NCBI GenBank assembly: GCA_030017835.1
Contig: JASEGU010000005.1
Span: forward strand, 5,593 to 69,592
Direction: 5' to 3'
Source: Actinomycetota bacterium
Lineage (GTDB): Bacteria > Actinomycetota > Aquicultoria > UBA3085 > Oleimmundimicrobiaceae
DNA length: 64,000 nucleotides
The notes beneath the pieces are model-generated. The model saw nothing but the letters and a program-made list of their open reading frames with translations, did not search any database and was not told the DNA's origin. Positions within the stretch are counted from its first letter, which is position 1; every line of letters begins with the position of its first letter. Of this stretch, positions 54,661 through 62,816 are shown in pieces. Position numbers and translations under genes: made by a program.

Positions 54661-54782
54661 GTTGACTCAGATCCCATCAAAGCCCCGCTTCACTCGGAAA
54701 TCAGACCGTCTTTAAGAATCCTCTCTAAGTCCAAACCGAATTGATTGCCCCCCTTGGGCTTTTTTTAAATATCTTAAAGAGC

Positions 54783-54811
54783 TTGCAGTAATCGAACATA
54801 TGTTCTATATT
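54783..54811 (+). promoter_or_regulatory. Candidate promoter TTGCAG-17 nt-TATATT
   Basis: The -35 is at 54783-54788 and the -10 at 54806-54811. The next ATG (54821) is 9 nt downstream with no SD, giving a near-leaderless layout. Confidence 0.55.
54793..54806 (+). promoter_or_regulatory. LexA operator (Cheo/SOS box) CGAACATATGTTCT
   Basis: Matches 13 of 14 positions of the Gram-positive SOS-box consensus CGAACATATGTTCG. It sits in the promoter spacer immediately upstream of a dinB operon. Confidence 0.8.
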
Positions 54812-54820
54812 ATCCTTATC

Positions 54821-55069
54821 ATGTTGGATATCAGTGAGCCCGTAGACGTAGCCGCCATATTCAAAAACGGCCTGGTCAGCCCCCGCAAAATTGGTTGGCG
54901 GGGACGCTCTTTGCGCGTCGAGAAGGTGACTGGACGTTGGATGAGTTCGATTGGAAGCACCAATATCTTGCACTTGAGTCTGATAATCGAAAGCGGGGAC
55001 TACTTTGAGCTCTCTTTCAACCCCAAAACCTATATTTGGCGTCTCGAAAAGCTGGAAACAGCCTGCTAG
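54821..55069 (+). CDS. Small protein resembling DUF6504 (partner of Y-family / ImuB-type polymerases)
   Basis: The pattern IGWRGRSLRVEKVTGRW...GDYFELSFNPKTYIWRLEKLE matches my recollection of the WRGR...V..V..W...W.L motif layout. The tracked ATG at 54800 lies inside the SOS box and upstream of the -10, so the start is moved to 54821. Confidence 0.55.
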   Translation: MLDISEPVDVAAIFKNGLVSPRKIGWRGRSLRVEKVTGRWMSSIGSTNILHLSLIIESGDYFELSFNPKTYIWRLEKLETAC

Positions 55070-56270
55070 CCGGATAGTCCTTCACGTCGATATGAACTCC
55101 TACTTCGCCTCGGTCGAGCAGAGCCACAGGCCTCACCTTAAGGGCAAGCCGGTTCTGGTCCTCTCTGATCCTTACGGCAAGGCCAAAGGGGTCCGCTCGG
55201 TGGTGGCTGCGGCGAGCTATGAGGCAAAAGCCTTTGGGGTTAAGGCCGGCATGCCCTCATTTGAAGCTTTAAAACTGGTACCGGACGCCATTATGATCGG
55301 CGGCGACCATCACAAATACTCCACCCTCTCCAAGCAATTTCTGAAAATCTTCGAAAGATATACCGATCTAGTCGAGCCCTACTCAATCGACGAAGCCTTC
55401 CTAGACATCACAAGATCGATGCACCTCTTTGGGGGCGCTTTGAAGGTGGGAGGAATGATAAAGGCCGACGTCTCCTCCGAGATCGGCATCACCTGTTCGG
55501 TTGGGATCGGCCCAAACAAGCTGGTCGCCAAGATGGCAAGCGACCTTCAAAAGCCGGACGGTCTGGTGAAGGTCGAAGCGAATGAGATCAAGGAGCGCCT
55601 CTGGGGTTTAATGGTTGAGGAGATACCGGGCGTTGGAAGAAAGAATAAGATCAAGTTGAATCTTATGGGTATAAGAAGTATAGAGGAGCTGGCCAAAAGC
55701 TCGCCCTCCCTCTTAAGAAAGCGCTTTGGCATCATCGGAGACTACTTTCACAGCGCCGCCTGGGGGCTAGATGATGGGCCGGTCTTGCCAGCCGAAGCGG
55801 AGAATGCGCCCAAATCAATCTCCCGCTCGATAACCTTCTCCAAAAATAGCAGAGATTTGGCCGTGCTCAAAGGGGTGCTCTTAAGGCTCACCGACGAAGT
55901 TGCCGTAAGCCTTAGAGAAAAAGGGTTAAAGGCAAAGACCCTATCTTTGGTGGTTCGCTTCAGCGATTTAAGTTTCGTCCAAAAACAGAAGCGCGCACGC
56001 CACCCCACCTCAAGCACTAAGGTCATCTTTAGCGAGGCGGCCATCCTTCTTCAAGCTTTCTTACCCGCCCGTTTGCCGATTCGCCTTCTTGGAGTCTGTG
56101 CCTCAGAGATCACAAAGAGCGGCCACTTCCAACCCTCTCTATTCGATTCTTTAGACGAGCGGACTCTTATCTATGAGGTAATGGATGAGATTCGAGATAA
56201 GTTCGGAAGCGAGAGCCTCTTTTATGGAAGGACTCTGGATATCGGGGATCACCTGGATCATAGGATTTGA
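55005..56270 (+). CDS. dinB: DNA polymerase IV (Y-family, DinB)
   Basis: Catalytic motifs VLHVDMNSYFASVEQ and YSIDEAFLDIT are intact, and the little-finger region is present. The only canonical in-frame start is TTG at 55005, which overlaps the upstream ORF by 65 nt. Confidence 0.9.
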   Translation: MSSLSTPKPIFGVSKSWKQPASRIVLHVDMNSYFASVEQSHRPHLKGKPVLVLSDPYGKAKGVRSVVAAASYEAKAFGVKAGMPSFEALKLVPDAIMIGGDHHKYSTLSKQFLKIFERYTDLVEPYSIDEAFLDITRSMHLFGGALKVGGMIKADVSSEIGITCSVGIGPNKLVAKMASDLQKPDGLVKVEANEIKERLWGLMVEEIPGVGRKNKIKLNLMGIRSIEELAKSSPSLLRKRFGIIGDYFHSAAWGLDDGPVLPAEAENAPKSISRSITFSKNSRDLAVLKGVLLRLTDEVAVSLREKGLKAKTLSLVVRFSDLSFVQKQKRARHPTSSTKVIFSEAAILLQAFLPARLPIRLLGVCASEITKSGHFQPSLFDSLDERTLIYEVMDEIRDKFGSESLFYGRTLDIGDHLDHRI

Positions 56271-56746
56271 GAATAGCCTTATGAGGCAAGTTGAGAATAG
56301 AAAAAATCTTTGAAAAATTCTCCCAAACCTCTTGACAAGAGAGAGAGAGTAATAATGTATTAATAACGATAAATAATAGTCGGAACGAGCTCTCTCTTTA
56401 GTGATTAAAGAGAGCCAAGGACGTTTAGTGAGAAATCAAATGAGGGAGGAGGTGAAAATGAGAACTCAAAGCCCGTCTTGGCGGGAAAAAGAAAAAGCTA
56501 CCCCAGAATAGCGAAAGCCCGAAAACTTAAAACTATACTAAGGGTAGCAGATTTAGTTTAACAGATAATGCTTACTGAAGCCAAATTGGTTTATAACAGA
56601 AGAAGATCTGGTTACTTTGGGAAACTTGAGGTGTAATGATATGGGAAGGGCTTCTTTTGAAAGTGAAGCGAGTGCTTGTTTTGATTTGAGAGAAACAACA
56701 AACATTGCGTTTCAGGACCTGATCCTATCATAGGGAGGATGAAGCA

Positions 56747-57112
56747 ATGAAACAGATTTTGTATAAGGCTACTGTTGCCTCTGCTCTTTCGGTGCTGATG
56801 ATATTCACCATTGTCGTGTCGGCACTAGCGGGAACTGCCAGCAGTAGCTATTCGAACTTCACTTGCGGAAGTTATGGTTATCGAAACAAGGCGGAAATCA
56901 CGACTGTCTCACCCGGTGGCGCTGCGGCCGCCACTTACATTGGTTCATGGCCCTCTACGACTCGACCAACCGGTTGGTTCGGCGCCCTCGCCCGGTTGTA
57001 CACTGACGCGGGTGTTCTTAAAAAGCAGGAAGGTTATAATTACACCGGCTCGCCTTGCGTAGGCTATTTTGTCTATACGCCGTTCTACAACGTGAGAGGT
57101 AGCTACTTATAG
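56747..57112 (+). CDS. Small secreted Tyr/Gly/Ser-rich protein, family unknown; the frame apparently continues in +1 to 57191
   Basis: GGGAGGA SD and a signal peptide (ALSVLMIFTIVVSALAGTA). The mature part has two Cys. After TAG at 57110 the +1 frame reads YSYGVSKSWTGSGYHNHATFTSPRQTY-stop with the same composition. Confidence 0.6.
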   Translation: MKQILYKATVASALSVLMIFTIVVSALAGTASSSYSNFTCGSYGYRNKAEITTVSPGGAAAATYIGSWPSTTRPTGWFGALARLYTDAGVLKKQEGYNYTGSPCVGYFVYTPFYNVRGSYL

Positions 57113-57207
57113 CTATGGGGTCAGCAAATCGTGGACAGGCAGCGGGTATCACAATCATGCGACTTTTACGAGTCCGCGTCAGACCTATTAAAATGGAGGC
57201 GGGTTAC

Positions 57208-57609
57208 ATGAAGAAGAAGCACGTACTATTTATCGGGGTTCTAGCGATCACGGCGATGGTTTCGTTCATGGTCGTTGTGAACACCAATCTGATAACGCGT
57301 TCTGAGAGCAAGGGCACCGCATGGCCTAAAAACAACCTTGGCGTGACCTACGGCTCGGGACTAGATGCCGTATCGCCCGAAGATGAGCCCGATTTGATTA
57401 AAGTTGAGGCCACGAACGGCAAAGTGGGATATGCGTACCGAGCTGACTTAGAGGGTCCAGAGCCCAGTTCACCGGCTGCGGCGATCGCGCAACAGAAGGC
57501 TAAAAAGGGTAAGCCAGATATTATTCCCGTATACGAGGTAGATGGGGTTACACAGATAGGTGTTTTCTTTTGCGAGCATAATACCGGAAATGCCAAGCTA
57601 ATAAAGTAA
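57208..57609 (+). CDS. Small membrane-anchored extracytoplasmic protein, family unknown
   Basis: GGAGG SD 8 nt upstream of ATG, and N-terminal MKKKHVLFIGVLAITAMVSFMVVV. The motif layout is NNLGVTYGS...EPDLIKVEATNGKVGYAY..DL...IPVYEVDGVTQIGVF. The tracked 57115 start adds an implausible 31-aa extension. Confidence 0.65.
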   Translation: MKKKHVLFIGVLAITAMVSFMVVVNTNLITRSESKGTAWPKNNLGVTYGSGLDAVSPEDEPDLIKVEATNGKVGYAYRADLEGPEPSSPAAAIAQQKAKKGKPDIIPVYEVDGVTQIGVFFCEHNTGNAKLIK

Positions 57610-57633
57610 CATTCTAGCTCGATCTACTGTTCT

Positions 57634-57664
57634 GATGCCCGGTGTACACCGGGCATCGTTTTTT
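57634..57664 (+). terminator. Rho-independent terminator of the two-gene island operon
   Basis: Stem GATGCCCGGTG/CACCGGGCATC, followed by GTTTTTT. Confidence 0.85.
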
Positions 57665-57772
57665 ATAGCATCACGCGAACGTTACTGTTTCCATATAATG
57701 ACCTGCCCCAAATTGTACAGGTTCACCTTTTACTGACATTTCCGTGGTAGTGCTCTATACCGCAAGCATACT

Positions 57773-57802
57773 AAAATCTTCGCCTTAAAGGCGAAGATTT
57801 TT
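57773..57802. terminator. Bidirectional hairpin terminator (serves the minus-strand FAH/leu operon end)
   Basis: A 13-bp stem AAAATCTTCGCCT/AGGCGAAGATTTT with a 3-nt loop, and A/T tracts on both sides. It lies 48 nt past the stop at 57850. Confidence 0.75.
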
Positions 57803-57849
57803 CTCCCATTCCCTGAATGAGACAACGAAGAGGACAAGACGGGTTCGGT

Positions 57850-58602
57850 TTAAACCAACCTATTCCTCAAACTCCCTATCCCCTCTATCTTAACCTCCAC
57901 CGTATCGCCCTTATTCATCGGGCCGACGCCGGGCGGGGTGCCGGTGATTATTAGATCGCCGGGATAGAGGGTCATTATTTGAGAGACGAAGGAGACCAAA
58001 AAATAGGGGTCAAATATCATATTCTTAGTGCTGGAAGACTGCTTTATTTCACCGTTTAATAGGAGTTCTATCTTAAGATCGCTCACGTCAAGCTCGGTCT
58101 CGATATGGGGGCCGAGCGGGCAGAAGGTGTCGAAGCTCTTGGCCCGCGTCCACTGGCCATCCTTCCTTTGAAGGTCTCTGGCCGTTACATCGTTTGCGCA
58201 AGTAAAGCCGAGTATGTGAAGCGGAGCCTCATCTTGGGAGACGTCTTTTATCTTGTCCTTGATGACGATGGCAAGCTCGGCCTCATAGTCGACCTCTCCA
58301 GACATCTTGGGGTAGATGATATCTTCACCCGGGCCGATGACCGAGGTAGCCGGCTTTATGAAGATGACCGGCTCATCTGCCGCCTCCATATTGAGCTCTT
58401 TGGCGTGATCGATATAGTTGAGGCCCACGGCCACAACCTTGCTTGGGAGAGTTGGAGGGAGCAACATAACATCGCCAATGAGAAATTCATCGCCGGTTAA
58501 ACCAAAATCTTCAAATGGGCTGCCGAAGGCCGCTTTGACGACCTCGCCCTCGAGAGCACCGTAATGGACTTTAGAGCCGAATGAGAAGCGAATTATCTTC
58601 AA
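57850..58602 (-). CDS. Fumarylacetoacetate hydrolase (FAH) family protein
   Basis: Motifs VGLNYIDHAKE, DYEAELAIVI and PGDLIITGTPPGVG. Confidence 0.88.
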   Translation of the reverse strand: MKIIRFSFGSKVHYGALEGEVVKAAFGSPFEDFGLTGDEFLIGDVMLLPPTLPSKVVAVGLNYIDHAKELNMEAADEPVIFIKPATSVIGPGEDIIYPKMSGEVDYEAELAIVIKDKIKDVSQDEAPLHILGFTCANDVTARDLQRKDGQWTRAKSFDTFCPLGPHIETELDVSDLKIELLLNGEIKQSSSTKNMIFDPYFLVSFVSQIMTLYPGDLIITGTPPGVGPMNKGDTVEVKIEGIGSLRNRLV

Positions 58603-58662
58603 GAGATCACCCCGCCATGAGTGGCTTTGCTGTGGAGGATTGAGCCATAACTACCTAGATTC

Positions 58663-60237
58663 TTAAGACTTCTTCCTTCTGGCCAGCCCATGCTCGATGC
58701 TATCTACCAGGGCTTCCCAACTGGCCTCGATCATGTTCTCGTGAACGCCAACCGTTCCCCAGCTATTCTCGCCGTCGGTCGATTCGATGAGAACGCGCAC
58801 GACCGCCGCCGTCCCCTTTCTGGCATTTATTATCCTGACCTTATAGTCTGTCAGAGATATCTCGGCCAGAGCCGGAAAAATGCGGGCTATCGCCTTGCGC
58901 AGGGCGTTATCAAGCGCGTTAACCGGGCCGTTGCCCTCGGCAAATTCGACCAGGCGTTGATTCTCCACCATGATTTTGACGACCGCCTCCGTCTTGGGTC
59001 TGCTCTTTCCGGAGCGGCTCACGGTGACCTTGTAGTCCTCCAGCTTAAATAGAGGCCGGTAAGATCCGGTATTCTTGCGAAGAAGTATCTCAAAGGAGCC
59101 GTCAGCCGCCTCGAAGTGATAGCCGATGTGCTCTAGTTTTTTCAGTTTTTTCAAGATGGCCAGGGCCTGGTCGGGCTTGCTGGAGAGATCCATCCCAAAT
59201 TCCTTGGCCTTATGGATGATGGCCGCCGCTCCGGCTTGATCGGAGACGAGTACCCGCTGCAGGTTACCGACCAGACTTGGGTCGATATGCTCGTAGGCCC
59301 CCTTCTGGCGGCTGGTCGCGCTGATGTGGATACCTCCTTTGTGGGCAAAGGCGCTCTCGCCGACGTACGGTTGGTGGGGATCGGCCACCACGTTGGCTAT
59401 CTCATTGACATGGTGAGAGACCTCGGTCAGCATGGAGAGCCTCTCTTTGGGTATGCATTCCACGTCCATCTTGAGGATGAGATTCGGTATTATCGAGACC
59501 AGGTTGGCATTGCCGCAGCGCTCTCCGAAGCCATTCATCGTCCCCTGAACCTGGGCCGCCCCCTCGCTGGCGGCAGCCAGACTATTGGCCACGGCGCAAT
59601 CGGAATCGTTGTGAGCGTGGATACCGATCGGAATCGATATCTCCTTCTTTACAGCCGCAACCACCTCGGCCACCTGGATCGGTATGGAGCCTCCATTGCT
59701 GTCGCAGAGGACCACGGAGTCGGCTCCAGCAGCTTCAGCCGCCTTGATGGTCGAGAGGGCATAGGCGGGATTATTCTTATAGCCGTCAAAGAAGTGTTCG
59801 GCGTCGAAGAAGACTTCTAGGCCCTTCTTCTTAAAGTAGGCTATGGTATCTGAGATCATCTTAATATTGTCTTCAAGGGTAGTAACAAGGACATGGGTTA
59901 CATGGACATCCCAACTCTTGCCGACTATACAGACGGCTTTAGTGCCCGCTTTGATCAGGGCTTGAACGTTGTTATCCTCTGAAGCCGTGACCCCTTTGCG
60001 CCTAGTGCTGCCGAAGGCGACGACCGTGGCATGTTTTAAATCCAGCTCTTTGACCCGCTTGAAATATTCTATGTCTTTAGGATTGGCCCCCGGCCAGCCC
60101 CCTTCAATATAGTCGACACCGAGCTCATCCAGTTTGGCTGTGATCTTGAGCTTGTCGTCGACCGAGAGCGAGAGACCTTCCCTCTGAGCCCCATCCCTTA
60201 AGGTAGTATCGTATATCTTTATCTTTGATTTAACCAC
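58663..60237 (-). CDS. cimA: (R)-citramalate synthase (CimA; LeuA-family)
   Basis: [15 protein letters not shown]-like TIM barrel, HAHND, a C-terminal LeuA-dimer regulatory domain, and a 524-aa length typical of CimA. The CimA versus LeuA call is by length and context only. Confidence 0.75.
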   Translation of the reverse strand: MVKSKIKIYDTTLRDGAQREGLSLSVDDKLKITAKLDELGVDYIEGGWPGANPKDIEYFKRVKELDLKHATVVAFGSTRRKGVTASEDNNVQALIKAGTKAVCIVGKSWDVHVTHVLVTTLEDNIKMISDTIAYFKKKGLEVFFDAEHFFDGYKNNPAYALSTIKAAEAAGADSVVLCDSNGGSIPIQVAEVVAAVKKEISIPIGIHAHNDSDCAVANSLAAASEGAAQVQGTMNGFGERCGNANLVSIIPNLILKMDVECIPKERLSMLTEVSHHVNEIANVVADPHQPYVGESAFAHKGGIHISATSRQKGAYEHIDPSLVGNLQRVLVSDQAGAAAIIHKAKEFGMDLSSKPDQALAILKKLKKLEHIGYHFEAADGSFEILLRKNTGSYRPLFKLEDYKVTVSRSGKSRPKTEAVVKIMVENQRLVEFAEGNGPVNALDNALRKAIARIFPALAEISLTDYKVRIINARKGTAAVVRVLIESTDGENSWGTVGVHENMIEASWEALVDSIEHGLARRKKS

Positions 60238-60271
60238 AATTAAACACCTTTTCCCTTTTAGAGGGCCTTGC

Positions 60272-61186
60272 TTAGACCAGTTCCAGCCAGTCCATATACT
60301 CCTCGTCCTCTCCGCGCAAGATCGAGAAGAACTTATCTTGAAGTTTCTTGGTTATGGGGCCGGGCTCGCCAATCACCCGCCCATCAACCTCTCGGATGGG
60401 CACGAGCTCGGCCGCGGTTCCGGTGAAAAAGGCCTCATCGGCCAGGTATAGGTCGGAGCGAACCAGGTCGGCCTCGACGACCGGATACTCCATATCCCAG
60501 GCTATCTGCATCACCGAATCTCTGGTTATCCCCTCCAGGACGCTCGTCGAAGTCGGCGGAGTGGTGATGACCTCATCTCTGACGACGAAGATGTTTTCGC
60601 CCGGCCCCTCCGAGATAAAGCCGCGGTGATCGAGCATTATCGCCTCGGCGTGGCCGTTATCGACCGCTTCCAGCTTTGCTAGAATCGAATTTATGTACTG
60701 GCCAGTTGCCTTAGCCGCCGAGGGCAGGGCATTTGGCGAGGGGCGCTCGAAGGAAGAGATGCACGTCTTGACGCCGTGCTTTAGCCCGTCTTCGCCAAGG
60801 TAAGTTCCCCAAGGCCAGACGGCGATGGAGACATCGACCGGTGCCTTCATTGGATAGAGCCCCATCTCTCCATAGCCGCGAAAGGCTATGGGCCGTATGT
60901 AGCAGCTCTTTAATTTATTGACCCTGATGATGTCTTTAACCGCTTTGACCAGCTCTTCGACTGAATACGGTATCTCCATCCGGTATATTTTGGCCGAGCG
61001 GAAGAGGCGCTCGATGTGCTCGGTCAGGCGAAAGACGGCCGCTCCCTTCGGGGTCTCGTAGGCCCTGATCCCCTCAAAGACGCCCGAACCGTAATGGAGG
61101 GCGTGGGTGAGCACGTGGACCTTGGCATCCTTCCAATCGACGAGCTTTCCGTTCATCCATATCTTTTCAACCTCTGGTATCGGCAT
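60272..61186 (-). CDS. ilvE: Branched-chain amino acid aminotransferase
   Basis: 304 aa, class IV aminotransferase. Motifs [24 protein letters not shown] and GITRDS. Confidence 0.92.
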   Translation of the reverse strand: MPIPEVEKIWMNGKLVDWKDAKVHVLTHALHYGSGVFEGIRAYETPKGAAVFRLTEHIERLFRSAKIYRMEIPYSVEELVKAVKDIIRVNKLKSCYIRPIAFRGYGEMGLYPMKAPVDVSIAVWPWGTYLGEDGLKHGVKTCISSFERPSPNALPSAAKATGQYINSILAKLEAVDNGHAEAIMLDHRGFISEGPGENIFVVRDEVITTPPTSTSVLEGITRDSVMQIAWDMEYPVVEADLVRSDLYLADEAFFTGTAAELVPIREVDGRVIGEPGPITKKLQDKFFSILRGEDEEYMDWLELV

Positions 61187-61222
61187 CTTAAACCATCCCT
61201 TCCTTATTCTGTTCGCTTCAGT

Positions 61223-62290
61223 TTAACCGGCCACGACCTTGGCTACCATATCCCCAACCTCTGATGTGGAGTAACCCATCTGCCCGGCCGAAAGACTCTT
61301 CAGCTTCTTGCTGGTAACTTCGACTATACCCGCTTCAATGGCCAAGGCCGCCGCATCTTCACCCAAAAAATCGAGCATCATCTGAGCCGCCGCGATGGCC
61401 GCAAGCGGATTGATCACATTTTGACCGGTATATTTAGGGGCGCTTCCGCCAATCGGCTCAAACATCGAGACCCCTTCCGGGTTGATGTTGCCGCCGGCCG
61501 CAACCCCCATACCGCCCTGGATCATCGCCCCAAGATCGGTGATGATATCGCCGAACATGTTGTCGGTCACAATGACGTCAAACCACTCGGGATTCTTGAC
61601 GAACCACATACAGATGGCATCGACATGGGCGTAATCGCAGCTGATGTCGGGATACTCCGCCCCGACCTCATCGAAGGCCCGCTGCCAAAGATCGAAAGCA
61701 TAGGTTAAGACGTTTGTCTTACCGCAGAGGGTCAGGTTCTTCTCCTTATTCCTCTTCTTGCAATATTCAAAAGCGTAGCGGATGGCCCGCTCGACGCCCT
61801 TTCTGGTGTTGACGCTGAGCTGCGTGGCCACTTCATCTGGAGTCCCCCTCTTTAAGAAACCGCCAGCTCCAGTGTAGATACCTTCGGTATTTTCGCGGAC
61901 GACCACAAAATCTATATCCTCCGGCCCCTTATCCTTTATCGGGGTATGGACTCCCGGATAGAGTTTGACCGGACGCAAGTTTATATATTGATCGAGTTCA
62001 AAGCGGGTGCGAAGCAGAATTCCCTTCTCCAGGATGCCCGGCTTGACGTCAGGATGACCGATGGCGCCAAGAAAGATGGCATCAACCTTCTTGAAATCAT
62101 CGATAGCCGAGTCGGGCAGAACCTCGCCGGTCTTAAGGTAACGCTCCCCGCCAAAATCGAAATGGGTAAGCTCATATTTGAAACCGAATTTGGCCGCCGC
62201 CGCCTCCAAAACCTTCAGACCTTCGGCTATGACTTCGGGGCCGGTCCCGTCTCCGCCCATTACTCCCAGCTTATAAGATTTACCAGCCAT
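61223..62290 (-). CDS. leuB: 3-isopropylmalate dehydrogenase
   Basis: Motifs [26 protein letters not shown] and GSAPKYTG. Confidence 0.93.
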   Translation of the reverse strand: MAGKSYKLGVMGGDGTGPEVIAEGLKVLEAAAAKFGFKYELTHFDFGGERYLKTGEVLPDSAIDDFKKVDAIFLGAIGHPDVKPGILEKGILLRTRFELDQYINLRPVKLYPGVHTPIKDKGPEDIDFVVVRENTEGIYTGAGGFLKRGTPDEVATQLSVNTRKGVERAIRYAFEYCKKRNKEKNLTLCGKTNVLTYAFDLWQRAFDEVGAEYPDISCDYAHVDAICMWFVKNPEWFDVIVTDNMFGDIITDLGAMIQGGMGVAAGGNINPEGVSMFEPIGGSAPKYTGQNVINPLAAIAAAQMMLDFLGEDAAALAIEAGIVEVTSKKLKSLSAGQMGYSTSEVGDMVAKVVAG

Positions 62291-62291
62291 A

Positions 62292-62792
62292 TTATCTCCT
62301 CGCCTTAAGCGTTTTTTTGGTGTAGTTTATCAGCCCGCCGCTCGTGATGATATCTTGGATAAATGGCGGGAAGGGAGCCGCCTTGAAGGTGAGGCCCTTG
62401 GTAAGATTGGTTATCTCGCCAGTATCGGTATCGACCTTGACCTCATCCCCAGTCTCGATCGCATCGACCGCTTCGGCCGACTCCAATATCGGAAGTCCCA
62501 TGTTGATGGCGTTGCGATAGAAGATGCGGGCAAACGATTTGGCCAGCACAACTGAGACTCCGGCCGCCTTGATGGCGATTGGGGCATGCTCGCGGGAGGA
62601 GCCGCAGCCAAAATTCTCCTCAGCGGCCAAAATATCTCCCGCCTTAACCTTATTAACAAACTCGCCGTCTAAGTCCTCCATGGCGTGCTTGCCGAGTTCG
62701 ATCGGGTCGGAAGTATTCAAATATCTGGCCGGTATGATGACGTCGGTATCGATATCTCGTCCATATTTATGAGCGTGGCCTTGATATATCAC
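62292..62792 (-). CDS. leuD: 3-isopropylmalate dehydratase small subunit
   Basis: 166 aa. Motifs [13 protein letters not shown] and GCGSSREHA. Confidence 0.92.
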   Translation of the reverse strand: MIYQGHAHKYGRDIDTDVIIPARYLNTSDPIELGKHAMEDLDGEFVNKVKAGDILAAEENFGCGSSREHAPIAIKAAGVSVVLAKSFARIFYRNAINMGLPILESAEAVDAIETGDEVKVDTDTGEITNLTKGLTFKAAPFPPFIQDIITSGGLINYTKKTLKARR

Positions 62793-62816
62793 TTACCCAA
62801 CTCCTTTGAATTTAAC

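Noticed and set aside
54747-54766. GCCC-ccctt-GGGC followed by T7 after livF, considered as a terminator.
   Set aside because: The stem is only 4 bp. It may work with the T-tract but is too weak to call as a feature.
54800-54820. The tracked ATG at 54800 as start of the small ORF upstream of dinB.
   Set aside because: This ATG is part of the LexA operator and lies upstream of the predicted -10 box, so it is unlikely to be on the transcript. The start is moved to 54821.
54725-54973. An 82-aa minus-strand ORF between livF and dinB.
   Set aside because: It overlaps the SOS-box promoter and the plus-strand DUF6504-like ORF. It has no RBS and no recognisable sequence features.
56338-56350. A (GA)6 microsatellite and the nearby TTGACA box, considered as a defined promoter.
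   Set aside because: No acceptable -10 hexamer lies at 16-18 nt spacing. It is mentioned only within the island finding.
57094-57112. A prfB-like programmed +1 frameshift at TAC TTA TAG with upstream GAGAGGT.
   Set aside because: The P-site codon UUA cannot re-pair well on UAU in the +1 frame, and the SD-like element is weak and poorly spaced. It is kept only as a low-probability alternative to a 1-nt insertion.
57115-57207. A 31-aa N-terminal extension of the second island protein (tracked start 57115).
   Set aside because: The extension is Arg-rich with no RBS and overlaps the probable 3' continuation of the upstream gene. A GGAGG-8nt-ATG at 57208 precedes a classic MKKK-plus-hydrophobic signal anchor.
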